Positions 8,518-18,675 of a stretch of 64,000 nt of DNA are shown here, in pieces (within the stretch, counting starts at the first letter, position 1; every line of letters begins with the position of its first letter). The translations under genes and the position numbers were made by a program. The notes beneath the pieces are model-generated. The model worked only from the letters and a program-made list of their open reading frames with translations, was not told the DNA's origin and searched no databases. The stretch comes from Planctomycetota bacterium. GTDB taxonomy: Bacteria; Planctomycetota; UBA11346. The stretch spans positions 1 to 64,000 of the forward strand of contig JBBQSO010000020.1 in NCBI GenBank assembly GCA_038213805.1, read 5' to 3'.

Positions 8518-10974
8518 ATGCGATTCCTGAATGCGGGTACTCACCAGCGGCCCATGGCCCTGGTCCTGGCGGCCACCCTCGCCGCACTGGCGGGCGTCGC
8601 CCGTGGTGCCGAGGGAGACCCACCCGCGCCCGCGCCGCAGGTCGCCCCAGCCACGCGCCCGGATCCGGTCATCGGCCCGACGGTGCTCATCCCGGCCCCT
8701 CCCGGCGCGACCGACGAGGTCCTGCGTGCCAACGTGCTGATCGCCGCCGGCCATCCTGCGGAGGCCCGCGCCCTGCTCGAGCTGCGTGTCCAGGAGCACC
8801 CCGAGGACATCCCCGCCCGGCAGATCCTGCTCTCGGCGCGCGTCGCCGAGATGGAACAGCAGATCCGCGAGCTGCTCGCCGAGGAGTCGAAGAACCCAGA
8901 CCCGGCCCTGGACGTCGACTACCAGGACGCCCGCGCGCGCAGCGACAAGGCGGTGATCAAGCGCATGGAGATCGCCGAGTACTACGCCGCGGAGCGGCGT
9001 TACCCGGACGCGGTGGTCACGCTCAACGCCATCCTGCGCGACTACCCGCATGAACCGGCGGTGCTCAAGCTCAAATTCCGCCTGCTCAAGACCATGATCC
9101 AGATCGAGCGCGCCGAGCTGATCAAGGACAAGCGCACCCGCCACGACGACGCCATCAACGACGTCATCGACGACCAGCGCATGCCGGGCGAACTGCCCAA
9201 GGCCAAGCGCCAGGTCTTCGTCTTCGACGAGGACATCGCCACCATCGAACGCGAAGCGCTGCGCAAGAAGCTGCAGACGCGCCTCGACCTCATCTTCGAC
9301 GGCACCGGCGGCACCAAGCCGGCGACGGTGCGCGAGGTGTTGCAGCCGCTGTTCGCGGTCGCCGGCGTCAACTACGTCATCCTCGACTCCGCGCTCGGCA
9401 CCGAGACCCTGACCATCCACCTCGTCAACGAGAGCGTCGAGACGGCGCTCGCGACCATCTCCAAGCTGGTCAACATCCGCTACAACTACGCGGCGGGCAC
9501 GGTGTTCATCTCGAACGCGACCAGCGACGTGCTGGTCACGCGCATCATCCGCGTGCAGTCCGGCCTGACCGACGTGGTCACTGATCCCAAGCTCGAGGAC
9601 ATGGCCGCGGGCGGGGGCGGCGGGGGTGGAGGCGGGGGCGGCGGTGCGGGCGGCTACGGCCCACAGGGCCAGGGCGGCGGCGCGGCGAACCTCTTCGCTC
9701 AGCAGCAACAGCAACAGCAGCAGCAGGGCCAGGGCGGCGGCTCACCGCAGACGTCCGACCTCGAACGCTTCCTCGACAAGGTTCCAGACCTGGTGGTGGG
9801 CTGGCCGGCGGACGGCAAGATCTACCTCGACCGCAAATCCAATACCATCTATGTGCGCGCCACGCCCTCGGCGATCGATGAGGTCGAGCGCCTGCTCTAC
9901 GCGCTCGACTACAACAACGTGCAGGTGCTGATCGAAGCACGCTTCATCGAAGTCAGCGACGACGCGCAGAAGGAGTTGGGCATCGACTGGGCCGGCGGCG
10001 CTTCGAACACCGCCGGAACCGGCATCATCAGCGCGCCAACGACGGCGTTCAATCAGCCCAATCCGCTCACCGACGCCGGTGCGGTGATCAATAACGGCGC
10101 CGCCGCCGCGGGCGCGGGCGGCGGCTTCCTCGCCCAGGTTTTGGTCGCACCCAGCGACTATTTCAAGTTCAAGGCGACCTTGGCCGCGCTGCAGAGCAAG
10201 GGCAAGACCGACACCCTGTCCGAGCCCAAGATCCTGACCCTGAACAACGCGGTTGGCATCATCGAGGTGCGCCAGGACATCTCGTACATCTCCGGATACG
10301 AGAACGTCGGTTATAACCAGAATGTCGTGCAGAACGGCAACAACAACATCCCGAACAACAACAACATCATCCAGAACAGCGGTCAGCTGGTGCCGCAGTT
10401 CACCAAAGACTTTGAGGGCATCCACCTGCAGTTCCGCCCGTCGGTGGCGCGCAACAGCGACATCGTCACGCTGAGCATCTCGCCGACCGTGCGTGAGCTG
10501 ACCCAGGCGCCGCAGGCGATCGCCTTCAACAACGCCTCCGGTGCCGGCGGCGTGGTCCAGAACCAGGTCGAGCGCCCGCCGCAGTTCGACACCCGTCGCC
10601 TGGTCACCGCGCTGCACATCCGCAACGGCGGCACGGTGGTGCTGGGCGGCCTGGCGCGCGAGAAAGACTCCTCGACCGTGCGTGGCGTCCCGGGCCTGTC
10701 CGACATCCCGGTGCTGGGCCGGCTGTTCCGCCACGAGAGCAAGGCGACCACGCGTCGCAACCTGATGATCTTCGTCACCGCGCACATCGTGAACCCCCAG
10801 GGCCAGAAGGAGGGGGAGGAGATCCAGCGCCTTCGCGACACCGCGCGCGTGCTGCTGCCGAGCCAGCTCGAAAAGGCCGAGAAGAACAGCGCCGCGGAGG
10901 CGGCCAAACCCGATCCCGAGGCCGAGAAGCCGGTCGACGCGGGCCCCGTCTGGCGCAGGGATCGCCGGCGCTGA
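8518..10974 (+). CDS. Secretin (GspD/PilQ family) with signal peptide and TPR-like N-terminus
   Basis: QVLIEARFIEV, LSEPKILTLNN, NGGTVVLGGL, GVPGLSDIPVLGRLFR, NLMIFVTAHIV; SD GGAGG. Confidence 0.9.
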   Translation: MRFLNAGTHQRPMALVLAATLAALAGVARGAEGDPPAPAPQVAPATRPDPVIGPTVLIPAPPGATDEVLRANVLIAAGHPAEARALLELRVQEHPEDIPARQILLSARVAEMEQQIRELLAEESKNPDPALDVDYQDARARSDKAVIKRMEIAEYYAAERRYPDAVVTLNAILRDYPHEPAVLKLKFRLLKTMIQIERAELIKDKRTRHDDAINDVIDDQRMPGELPKAKRQVFVFDEDIATIEREALRKKLQTRLDLIFDGTGGTKPATVREVLQPLFAVAGVNYVILDSALGTETLTIHLVNESVETALATISKLVNIRYNYAAGTVFISNATSDVLVTRIIRVQSGLTDVVTDPKLEDMAAGGGGGGGGGGGGAGGYGPQGQGGGAANLFAQQQQQQQQQGQGGGSPQTSDLERFLDKVPDLVVGWPADGKIYLDRKSNTIYVRATPSAIDEVERLLYALDYNNVQVLIEARFIEVSDDAQKELGIDWAGGASNTAGTGIISAPTTAFNQPNPLTDAGAVINNGAAAAGAGGGFLAQVLVAPSDYFKFKATLAALQSKGKTDTLSEPKILTLNNAVGIIEVRQDISYISGYENVGYNQNVVQNGNNNIPNNNNIIQNSGQLVPQFTKDFEGIHLQFRPSVARNSDIVTLSISPTVRELTQAPQAIAFNNASGAGGVVQNQVERPPQFDTRRLVTALHIRNGGTVVLGGLAREKDSSTVRGVPGLSDIPVLGRLFRHESKATTRRNLMIFVTAHIVNPQGQKEGEEIQRLRDTARVLLPSQLEKAEKNSAAEAAKPDPEAEKPVDAGPVWRRDRRR

Positions 10975-13175
10975 TGGCGCGCACGGTCATCGGTCTGGAC
11001 GTCGGCAACCACACGGTGCGCGCCGTCGCGCTGCGCCGCGAGGGCGGGCGCCACACGGTGGTCGCGACCGCCGAGGTGGCGCGCCGCGACGAAGCGCTGC
11101 AGCCGCGCCCGATGGCGGTGGTGCTGGGCGAACTCGACAGCCTGCTGCCGCTTGGCCGGAGCGCCCCGGTGGTCGCCGCCAGCGACATCCCGGCGCTGGT
11201 GCGTTACATCTCGACCGTGCCGCTGCCGCCGGATCGCCTGCAGCGCCTGCTGCGTCTCGAGCTGCAGCAGCACATGGACGGCGCCGAACTGGCCGCGGAC
11301 ACCTATGCGCTGCCGGTGCCCGGCGACGAGATCATCCACTGCTGCGTGCTCGCCCAGCCGCTGCAAGTGCACGCCGCGCTCGCCGAGATGAAGAGTGCGG
11401 GCATCACGCCGCGCCAGGTGCACTTCGGCACCCTCGCCCTGTTCAACGCCACCCTGCCCAACCCACCGGTCGAGGGCGACGGTCTGGCACTGATCGTCGA
11501 CATCGGCGCGACCTCCACCGGCGTGGTGCTGTGCGGAGAGCGCCGCCTGCTCGCCTGCCGGCAGCTCGCCTTCGGCGGTGACGCCTTCACCGAGGCCCTG
11601 GCCACGGCCCAGGGCCTGCCGACGACCTCGGCGGAGGCGCTCAAGCTCGGCCATCAGGCGGCGCCGCGGATGGCCACCACCAGCCTGCTCGAAGAGGTCC
11701 ACGTCGAGGACGACATGGTCGTCCTCGACGAGTCCGACAGCTTGTTCGCCGATGTGCCCGCACCCGCACCGGTTGTGCCGGGCACTGTCGCGCCTGTGGC
11801 CGCAGCCCCGGCCGCATTCAGCGGCGCACTGCTCTTCGAGGATGAGGATCAGTTGGCGTCCGCGCCCATACCGGTGGGCGCCGGCCGCTTTGATGAGCAC
11901 GTCATCGCGCTCGCCGAGGACCTGCCCGGGTTGTCCGCACCGGAATCCTCTGACCCCATCGCGCCGCCACTGGAGGCGTCGACGCCACGCCCGCCCACGT
12001 TGGCGCAACCGCTCGCGGCGGGCGCCCTGCCGGCCGTGCTCGCGCCGGGCCGGGCGACCATCGCCGATGGGTACCGCGCCCTGGGGCCGGAGATGACGCG
12101 CGCCGCGGAATCGCTCTATACCCAGCTCGCCAGCTCGGTGGCGTGGTTCAAGACCCAGCTCCACCTCAGCTCGCTGAGCGTGACGCGGGTCTACCTGACC
12201 GGCGGCGGCGCCAGCCTCGAAGGCCTGGAGGGCTACCTCGGCCGGCGTTTCAACCTGCCGGTGCAGCGCCTCGACCCGTTCACCACGCTGCCGGGCGACC
12301 TGCCGGAGCACGGCCATGAGTTCGCCACCGCGCTCGGCCTGGCGCTGTGCGCGGCCGACGCGCCTGGCGCGATCGGCATCGACCTGATGCCCGAGAGCAT
12401 CGTGCGCAAACGCTTGTGGAGCACGCGCCTGGTCTGGCCCTACGTGGCCGCGGCCAGCCTGCTGCTGGCGGGCGTGCTCTACGCGTGGGCGTTGATCAGC
12501 GAGCAGCGCGCCAACCGCGAGAACTCCGAGGCCTTCGCGGCCTATCAGCAGGACTATGACCAGCTCAAGGCCCGCCTCGACGGCCTCGACCTGGAGAAGG
12601 AGGATCTCTCCCAGGACCTGCGCGCCATCGCCGGGCGGCTCTATGCCGGACGCGACCTGCTCAATACCGTGCGCGCCCTCAAGGAGCTCACCAAGCAGTC
12701 CCCCGACCTGTGGGTGACCCGCGTCGAGACCCTTGATGTCGGCACCGACGCCGAGGTTCGTGATCCGGCCACCACCGGCCCCCAACGCCTGCGTGGCGCC
12801 GGCGCCGCGGCCGCTCCGGCGCGCAAGGACACCGCCATCGATCGCGGCGCGGTCGACGTGCACGGCCTGGTGAAGTTCGACAAGAACCACACCGACGTCG
12901 AGCTGGCCGAATTCTTCGCCACCTACAAGGACGCGCTCGGCTCGTGGCGTCCTGAACCAGACGGCCCGCAACTGTTCCGCGATTCCCGCGTGATCGAGAT
13001 CGGCGTGCAGCACGAGGAAGCGGTGGTCGGCGCCAAGCCGACCCGGCGCGCGCGTCCCAAGACCGCAATCGTCGACGGCCGCGTGCCGTTCACCATCCGC
13101 CTGTTCTTCCAGGCCACCCAGCTCGATCAGATCTCGAGTGCGCAGCCGCTGCCCGGGGGCGTCCATGCTCCCTGA
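10974..13175 (+). CDS. PilM-like actin-fold protein fused to a TM and PilN-like domain
   Basis: IGLDVG, IVDIGATST, FGGDAFT, VYLTGGGASLEGL, ATALGLAL, then IDLMP + TM + coiled coil. Confidence 0.85.
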   Translation: MARTVIGLDVGNHTVRAVALRREGGRHTVVATAEVARRDEALQPRPMAVVLGELDSLLPLGRSAPVVAASDIPALVRYISTVPLPPDRLQRLLRLELQQHMDGAELAADTYALPVPGDEIIHCCVLAQPLQVHAALAEMKSAGITPRQVHFGTLALFNATLPNPPVEGDGLALIVDIGATSTGVVLCGERRLLACRQLAFGGDAFTEALATAQGLPTTSAEALKLGHQAAPRMATTSLLEEVHVEDDMVVLDESDSLFADVPAPAPVVPGTVAPVAAAPAAFSGALLFEDEDQLASAPIPVGAGRFDEHVIALAEDLPGLSAPESSDPIAPPLEASTPRPPTLAQPLAAGALPAVLAPGRATIADGYRALGPEMTRAAESLYTQLASSVAWFKTQLHLSSLSVTRVYLTGGGASLEGLEGYLGRRFNLPVQRLDPFTTLPGDLPEHGHEFATALGLALCAADAPGAIGIDLMPESIVRKRLWSTRLVWPYVAAASLLLAGVLYAWALISEQRANRENSEAFAAYQQDYDQLKARLDGLDLEKEDLSQDLRAIAGRLYAGRDLLNTVRALKELTKQSPDLWVTRVETLDVGTDAEVRDPATTGPQRLRGAGAAAAPARKDTAIDRGAVDVHGLVKFDKNHTDVELAEFFATYKDALGSWRPEPDGPQLFRDSRVIEIGVQHEEAVVGAKPTRRARPKTAIVDGRVPFTIRLFFQATQLDQISSAQPLPGGVHAP

Positions 13176-14058
13176 CATCTCCCAGGATCTCAAACGCGCG
13201 TGGTTGGTCTTCGCCGGCGCAGTGGCCGTGGTGCTGGTCGCGGTGTGGATCATCAGCGACGGTGGCGAGGCGGCGGTGCAGGCCAAGGCGGCCGAGGACA
13301 CCTGGGGCGCGCACAAGGGCCCCGTCGATCTGCGCAAGCGCGTCGAACTGCAGCGCGACGCGAATCAGCACCTGCGCGACACCATCGAGAGCCTGAAGAA
13401 GGCATCGGGCTTCGTCATCGATGCCAAGCGCTTCGGCATCCCGGCGACGGAGAAGCAGCCCGGCCTGCTGTTCCGCAACCGCGAGATCGAGGTCCGCCAG
13501 GCGCTGCGCCAGAAGGCCCAGCCGCAGAGCGTGCAGTACGACGAGAACGTCGGCTTTCCCGACGAGACGGTGGTGCCGCCCGACAGCGAGGCGCCCTACC
13601 TGATGACCATGCTGCAGCTCACCGAGCGGGTGGTGAACATCGTGCTCTCGAGCGAGCACGCGCCGGTCGAGACCTTCGAGATCCACCACTTCCCGGTGGT
13701 CGAGACCGGCCCCGTCACGCGGCCGGCGCTGCTGCGCGAGTATCCGCTCGAGCTTAAGGTGCGCGGTAGCCTGCACGACCTGATGTGGATCCAGCACGCG
13801 CTCAGCCTGAGCGAGGAGAACGGTGCCCACACCTACCCGCTCATCCTGCAGAGCTGGGAGATCGTCAGTGAGAACACCAAGCCGAAAGACAGCATCAACC
13901 AGCTCGATGCGGTATTCCGCGTCGCCGGCATGCAGTTCCTGACCCCCGAGGAGCGCGATCACGATCCGCGTGCCCCTGCGGCGGCGCGCGTCCCCGTGGG
14001 TGGGCGCACCCCGTCGCCGGCCGCGGCTGCATCCTCCAACAACACTGCAAGGCCCTGA
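13165..14058 (+). CDS. Putative PilO/GspM-like inner-membrane assembly protein
   Basis: N-terminal TM, coiled coil, EYPLELKVRGSLHDLM segment; overlaps upstream gene. Confidence 0.55.
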   Translation: MLPDISQDLKRAWLVFAGAVAVVLVAVWIISDGGEAAVQAKAAEDTWGAHKGPVDLRKRVELQRDANQHLRDTIESLKKASGFVIDAKRFGIPATEKQPGLLFRNREIEVRQALRQKAQPQSVQYDENVGFPDETVVPPDSEAPYLMTMLQLTERVVNIVLSSEHAPVETFEIHHFPVVETGPVTRPALLREYPLELKVRGSLHDLMWIQHALSLSEENGAHTYPLILQSWEIVSENTKPKDSINQLDAVFRVAGMQFLTPEERDHDPRAPAAARVPVGGRTPSPAAAASSNNTARP

Positions 14059-14059
14059 G

Positions 14060-14848
14060 ATGAGCCTGCGCATCGCCCCCGAACGCCCGGTCGCCGTCGC
14101 CGCGCTTGCCCTGCTCGGACTGGCCGCGGGCTACTGGCTGCTCTCTGGCGTCGCCGCGATCGATCCCGGCCTGCCCTCGTACAAGGCCGGCGCGGTGGTC
14201 CGCCTCGAGGCCGCCGTACCGCAGATCGCCGCGTTCGAAAAGTTCCACGTCAACGTCGACAATCCCTTCGTACCGCTGCAGGATCGTATCGTCGAAGGCG
14301 ACAAGATCCGCGGAGTACGCGCGCCACGACCGATCTCAGTGGCGACGCAGCCGCCGCCGCGCATCCCGCCGCGGACTCCGGCGGTACCAATCGATCCTCC
14401 GCGTCCCGCCTGGGCCCCGCCGCGCGTGACCGCGTTGCCCGCCAACGCTCCGGAGTGCGTCGGCCTGCTTGCGCCCGATGGCAAGCAGGTGCTGATGGTG
14501 CGCGGCGCCGGCGACACCGCGGTGTCGACCATCGGCGTCGGCGAAAGCGTCGCCGGCTGGAAGCTGATCGCGATCGAGAACGGCAACCAGGCGCGCTTCG
14601 CCGACCCCGCCGGCGTCGAGCAGGTCTTCCCAATCGGCACCGGTGACCTGGCCAGCGGCGGTCTCGCCGTCAACACGCCCGCCCCAGTCACCAGCAACGT
14701 GCCGAAGGCCGCGCCGACTCCGAAACCGCCGACGGCCCCCACGCAGGTCAAGCCGGGCAAGCCCCCGGTCCCGCCCGGCATGGGCGCGCCCGGGGGCGCT
14801 CCGCCGTATAAGCGCCCCGGCCTGCCACCGCGCCAGAAGGTGCCGTGA
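14060..14848 (+). CDS. Pro-rich bitopic protein, possibly PilP/GspC-like
   Basis: TM, NPF motif, IGVGESVAGWKLIAIE beta-motif; last gene of the cluster. Confidence 0.5.
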   Translation: MSLRIAPERPVAVAALALLGLAAGYWLLSGVAAIDPGLPSYKAGAVVRLEAAVPQIAAFEKFHVNVDNPFVPLQDRIVEGDKIRGVRAPRPISVATQPPPRIPPRTPAVPIDPPRPAWAPPRVTALPANAPECVGLLAPDGKQVLMVRGAGDTAVSTIGVGESVAGWKLIAIENGNQARFADPAGVEQVFPIGTGDLASGGLAVNTPAPVTSNVPKAAPTPKPPTAPTQVKPGKPPVPPGMGAPGGAPPYKRPGLPPRQKVP

Positions 14849-14993
14849 GGGGAGAGCGAGTGTCTCGTGCCTGCGGGCCGCACGGTCGTGCTTTCAAGCG
14901 GTCCATTGCGGATTGATTTCAACGCAGAGTACGCCGCTGTGCGCTCTGCTTCAAGGAAGCCCCTCAGCCTGATGGTAGTGAGTGCAAGGCTGC

Positions 14994-15950
14994 CTACTCC
15001 ACGCGATTGAGTCGCTCCCCACGCAGAAAAGCAGCGAGGTTCTCGGTCACCTGGGCGATCAGCCGGGTGCGCGCCTCGACCGTGCCCCAGCCGATGTGGG
15101 TGGTGACCGCGACGCGGCCGGCCCAGGGCGCGGCGGGGTCGAGGAAGGGGTGCGAACCGATCGGTGGCTCGACCGGCAGGACGTCGGTGCCAAGGCCGCC
15201 GAGCCGGCCGCTGGCCAGCGCCGCGACCACTGCCGCGTCGTCGCACAGCGCACCGCGGGCGGTGTTGATGAGCAGCGCGCCGGGCTTCAGCGCGGCGAGA
15301 AAGGCGGCGTCGACCAGGTGGTGGGTCGTCGACGTCAACGGGCAGTGCAGGCTGACCACGTCGGCCTGGGGCAGTGCCTCGGCCAGCGGCACGCGTCCGG
15401 CGGTGGTCGCGCCGGGCAGGCGGGCGGCGATGACGCGCATGTCGAAGGCGCGCGCGACGCGCGCAACCGCGCTGCCGATCGCGCCCATCCCGACCACCAC
15501 CAGGCAGCGCCCCGCGAGTTCGTGGATGGGGCGGGTGAAGATCGAGAAATCCTGGCCGCGCGCCCACGCGCCCGAGCGCGCCAGGCGGCCGTGGCCGCTG
15601 ACGTCCAGGGTCAGCTCGAGGATCAGCGCGAAGGCCACCTGCGCGACTGACGCCGTGCTGTAGCCCGGCGCGTTGGTCACCACCACGCCGCGCGCCCGCG
15701 CCGCGGCCAGATCGACGATATTGGTGCCGGTGGCGAGCAGGCCCAGATAGCGCAGGCGCGGCGCGGCGGCGAACGCCGCGGCGTCGAGGTGCGTACGGTT
15801 GGTCAGCGCCGCATCAGCGCCGGCGAGCCGCTGGGCGAGCTGGTGCGCAGCGGTGTGGGGGTGGAGTTCGAGTTCGCCGAGGGCGGCGAGCGCATCCCAG
15901 CGCAGCGCGCCCTGGTCGGCCGCGTGGCTGTCGAGCACGACGATGCGCAT
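14994..15950 (-). CDS. D-2-hydroxyacid dehydrogenase (glycerate dehydrogenase-like)
   Basis: GMGAIG, SLHCPLT, LINTARG, DVLPVEPP, HIGW. Confidence 0.92.
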   Translation of the reverse strand: MRIVVLDSHAADQGALRWDALAALGELELHPHTAAHQLAQRLAGADAALTNRTHLDAAAFAAAPRLRYLGLLATGTNIVDLAAARARGVVVTNAPGYSTASVAQVAFALILELTLDVSGHGRLARSGAWARGQDFSIFTRPIHELAGRCLVVVGMGAIGSAVARVARAFDMRVIAARLPGATTAGRVPLAEALPQADVVSLHCPLTSTTHHLVDAAFLAALKPGALLINTARGALCDDAAVVAALASGRLGGLGTDVLPVEPPIGSHPFLDPAAPWAGRVAVTTHIGWGTVEARTRLIAQVTENLAAFLRGERLNRVE

Positions 15951-15952
15951 GG

Positions 15953-17377
15953 TCAGGCGCGGCCGAGGGCTTCCAGGCCCGCGGCAATGCGCAGCAGCCC
16001 GGCGTCCGCCCACTGCGCGGCCTGCAGCTGCATGCCGATCGGCAGGCCCTGCTCGTCGGCGCCGAACGGCACCGATATCGCCGGAACGCCGGCGAGGTTG
16101 GTGGCGATGGTGAAGATGTCCGAGAGGTACATCTGCAGCGGATCGCTGAGCTTCTCGCCGAGGCGGAAGGCAGTGGTCGGGCTGACCGGGCCGAGCAGCG
16201 CGTCGCACTGGGTGAAGGCGCGCTCATAGTCCTGCAGGATCAAGCGGCGAACCTGCTGGGCCTTGCGGTAGTACGCGTCGTAATAGCCGGTCGAGAGCAC
16301 GTAGGTGCCGAGCATGATGCGGCGCTTGGCCTCGCGACCGAAGCCTTCGGCGCGGCTCTGCGCGTAGAGCGTGTGCAGTGACTCGGGGTTGGCGGTGCGG
16401 TGGCCGAAGCGCACGCCGTCGAAGCGCGAGAGGTTGGAGGAGGCTTCGCCGGTGGCGAGCACGTAGTAGACGGCGATGGCGTAGCGCTCGTGTTTGAGTT
16501 CGACCGGCACCAGGGTGGCGCCAGCCTCGGCGAGGCGGCGCTTGGCAGTCTCGAGCTGGCGCGCGACCGCGGGCGCCAGGCCCTGGGCGTGCGCCGCGAC
16601 GTAGCCGATGCGCAACCCGGACAGCGAGCCGCCCTGGCCGGCGGCGGCGAGGCCGGCGGCGCTGCGCGCGGCGCTGGTGCTGTCGTTGGCGTCATGTCCG
16701 GCCATCGCCTCGAGGACCAGGGCGGTGTCGGCCACGTCGGTGGCGAGCGGGCCGATCTGGTCGAGGCTGGAGCCGAAGGCGATCAGCCCATAGCGGCTGA
16801 CGCGGCCATAGGTCGGCTTGAGCCCGACCACGCCGCACAGGCTGGCAGGCTGGCGGATCGAGCCGCCGGTGTCCGAACCCAGGCTGACCGGCACGATGCC
16901 CGCGGCGACCGCGGCGGCGCTGCCGCCCGAGCTGCCGCCGGGGATGCGCGTCGGGTCCTTGGGGTTGCGCACCGGCCCGTAGGCACTGGTCTCGTTCGAC
17001 GAGCCGAAGGCGAACTCGTCCATGTTGGTGGTCGCGACCACCACCGCGCCGGCCGCCTCGAGGCGCGCCACCGCGGTCGCGGTGTAGGGCGCGACGAAGC
17101 CCGTGAGGATCTTCGAGCAGGCGGTGGCCTCGACCCCGGTCAGACACAGGTTGTCCTTGATGGTGATGGGCACGCCGGCCAGCGGCAGGCGTTCGCCCGC
17201 CGCGATGCGCGCGTCGACGGCGGCGGCGGCGGCCTGGGCGCGCGCGCCGTGCACGCGGATGATGGCGTTGGTGGTGTCGGCGGCGGCGCGCGCCAGCGCG
17301 GCGTCGACGGCGGTGCGCGCACTGGTGCCGGCGTTGACGCTGGCGGCGATGGCGCGGGCGGTCTGGGGGCTGCTCAT
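15953..17377 (-). CDS. gatA: Glu/Asp-tRNA amidotransferase subunit A
   Basis: [44 protein letters not shown]. Confidence 0.96.
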   Translation of the reverse strand: MSSPQTARAIAASVNAGTSARTAVDAALARAAADTTNAIIRVHGARAQAAAAAVDARIAAGERLPLAGVPITIKDNLCLTGVEATACSKILTGFVAPYTATAVARLEAAGAVVVATTNMDEFAFGSSNETSAYGPVRNPKDPTRIPGGSSGGSAAAVAAGIVPVSLGSDTGGSIRQPASLCGVVGLKPTYGRVSRYGLIAFGSSLDQIGPLATDVADTALVLEAMAGHDANDSTSAARSAAGLAAAGQGGSLSGLRIGYVAAHAQGLAPAVARQLETAKRRLAEAGATLVPVELKHERYAIAVYYVLATGEASSNLSRFDGVRFGHRTANPESLHTLYAQSRAEGFGREAKRRIMLGTYVLSTGYYDAYYRKAQQVRRLILQDYERAFTQCDALLGPVSPTTAFRLGEKLSDPLQMYLSDIFTIATNLAGVPAISVPFGADEQGLPIGMQLQAAQWADAGLLRIAAGLEALGRA

Positions 17378-17462
17378 GGGAGGCGCTCGGCAGGGGGACG
17401 GCGCGCGCAAGGCGCGGCGCGGGATTCGGAGGGGGAAGGCCCCGCGGTGGCGGGGCGGGCGT

Positions 17463-17753
17463 TCAACGCTCGACGACCTTGGGCACCAGGAAGGCGACCT
17501 CGTTGCGCTGGGGCGCGTTGCCGAGCACACCCTGGTTGTCGAGCATCGCCGCCGGCTGGTCGGCGCGGGTGACGTTGGTCAGCCCGGCGACATTGGCGAT
17601 CGGCTCGACCCCGGTGGTATCGACCTCCTGGAGCTGCTGCACGTAGCCGACGATGGCTTCCAGCTCCTGGGCCATGCGCAGGAGTTCGGTGTCGCTCATG
17701 GCCAGGCTCGAGAGCTTGCAGAGGTGACGCACGTCGTCGGCAGTGATCGCCAC
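17463..17753 (-). CDS. gatC: Glu/Asp-tRNA amidotransferase subunit C
   Basis: VRHLCKLSSL, EVDTTGVEP, FLVPKV; directly upstream of gatA; GTG start. Confidence 0.92.
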   Translation of the reverse strand: MAITADDVRHLCKLSSLAMSDTELLRMAQELEAIVGYVQQLQEVDTTGVEPIANVAGLTNVTRADQPAAMLDNQGVLGNAPQRNEVAFLVPKVVER

Positions 17754-17825
17754 GGGGCTTCTCCAGGGGCCGAAAGCCTAGGTCAGCACGGGAAATGTCT
17801 AGGCGGGGCCGGGGCGGCCCCGCCG

Positions 17826-17976
17826 GTCCGGTAGTCTGGAAGTCGGACGGCCAACGTGGCTCGCCGGCTGGTGCCGCGCCGCGGTTTCCCATCCCTGATC
17901 CCTCCATCAGGTTCGGCCCGGCCGCAACCCTGCGCTACGAGACTTCCGGACTTCCGGACCTCCGGACTTCCGGACC
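17826..17976. repeat. Inverted pair of GTCCGGAA-type octamer arrays around a ~91-nt spacer
   Basis: Left 17826-17847 (about 3 degenerate units); right 17939-17976 (GAGAC + 4 x TTCCGGAC-like), overlapping the ispD 3' end. Confidence 0.85.
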
Positions 17977-18663
17977 TCTACCCACCAGGATCGCCTCCGC
18001 CAATCGCCAGTCGTCGGGCGTCGTAAGCTTCAGATTCAGCGCGTCCCCCGCGACCACCGCAACGGTGTGCCCGGCGCGCTCCAGCACCTGGGCGTCGTCG
18101 CTGCAGGTCCAGCCTTCAGCTGCGGCGCGCGCGAAGGCGGTCAGGCCGTGGCGGCGCTGGAAACCCTGAGGGGTCTGGGCCAGCCACAGGTCGTCGCGTG
18201 GCACGGTGGCCTCGACCACCGCGGCATCGCCACGCCCGGCGCGGCAGCGCTTGACGGTGGCCGCGCACGGCACCGCGACCAGCGCAGCGTCGTGCGTCTC
18301 CAACGCCTGCAGGCAGGCGCGTATGCAGGCCTGGGGGACTAGTGGACGCACCGCATCGTGGACCAGCACGACGGTGTGCGCCGGATCGCTGGCGAGCAAC
18401 GCGGCGTGTACCGACGCCTGCCGCGTGGCGCCGCCGGCGACCAGGCGGACCGGGAATGGTGGCACGCCAGCCGCGATCAGGGCGGCAACTTCGGCTGCGA
18501 TGTCGGGGCTGACCGCGAGCACGGCCTCAGCGACCAGGCCGGCGAAGGCATCCAGGCTGCGCAGCAGCACGGCGCGGCCAGCCAGTGCGAGCAGCTGTTT
18601 GGGGCGCGGACCACCGAAGCGGCTGCCGCTGCCGGCGGCGGGGATGATCAGGCTGGCGGACAT
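17935..18663 (-). CDS. ispD: 2-C-methyl-D-erythritol 4-phosphate cytidylyltransferase
   Basis: PAAGSGSRFG..PKQ, VLVHDAVRP, AQTPQGF, SDDA, NLKLTTPDD. Confidence 0.95.
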   Translation of the reverse strand: MSASLIIPAAGSGSRFGGPRPKQLLALAGRAVLLRSLDAFAGLVAEAVLAVSPDIAAEVAALIAAGVPPFPVRLVAGGATRQASVHAALLASDPAHTVVLVHDAVRPLVPQACIRACLQALETHDAALVAVPCAATVKRCRAGRGDAAVVEATVPRDDLWLAQTPQGFQRRHGLTAFARAAAEGWTCSDDAQVLERAGHTVAVVAGDALNLKLTTPDDWRLAEAILVGRGPEVRRSGSPEVS

Positions 18664-18675
18664 CGCTGCCTGGGC

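Noticed and set aside
15953..17753. Missing gatB next to gatC-gatA
   Set aside because: Split gat operons are common; gatB may lie outside the window
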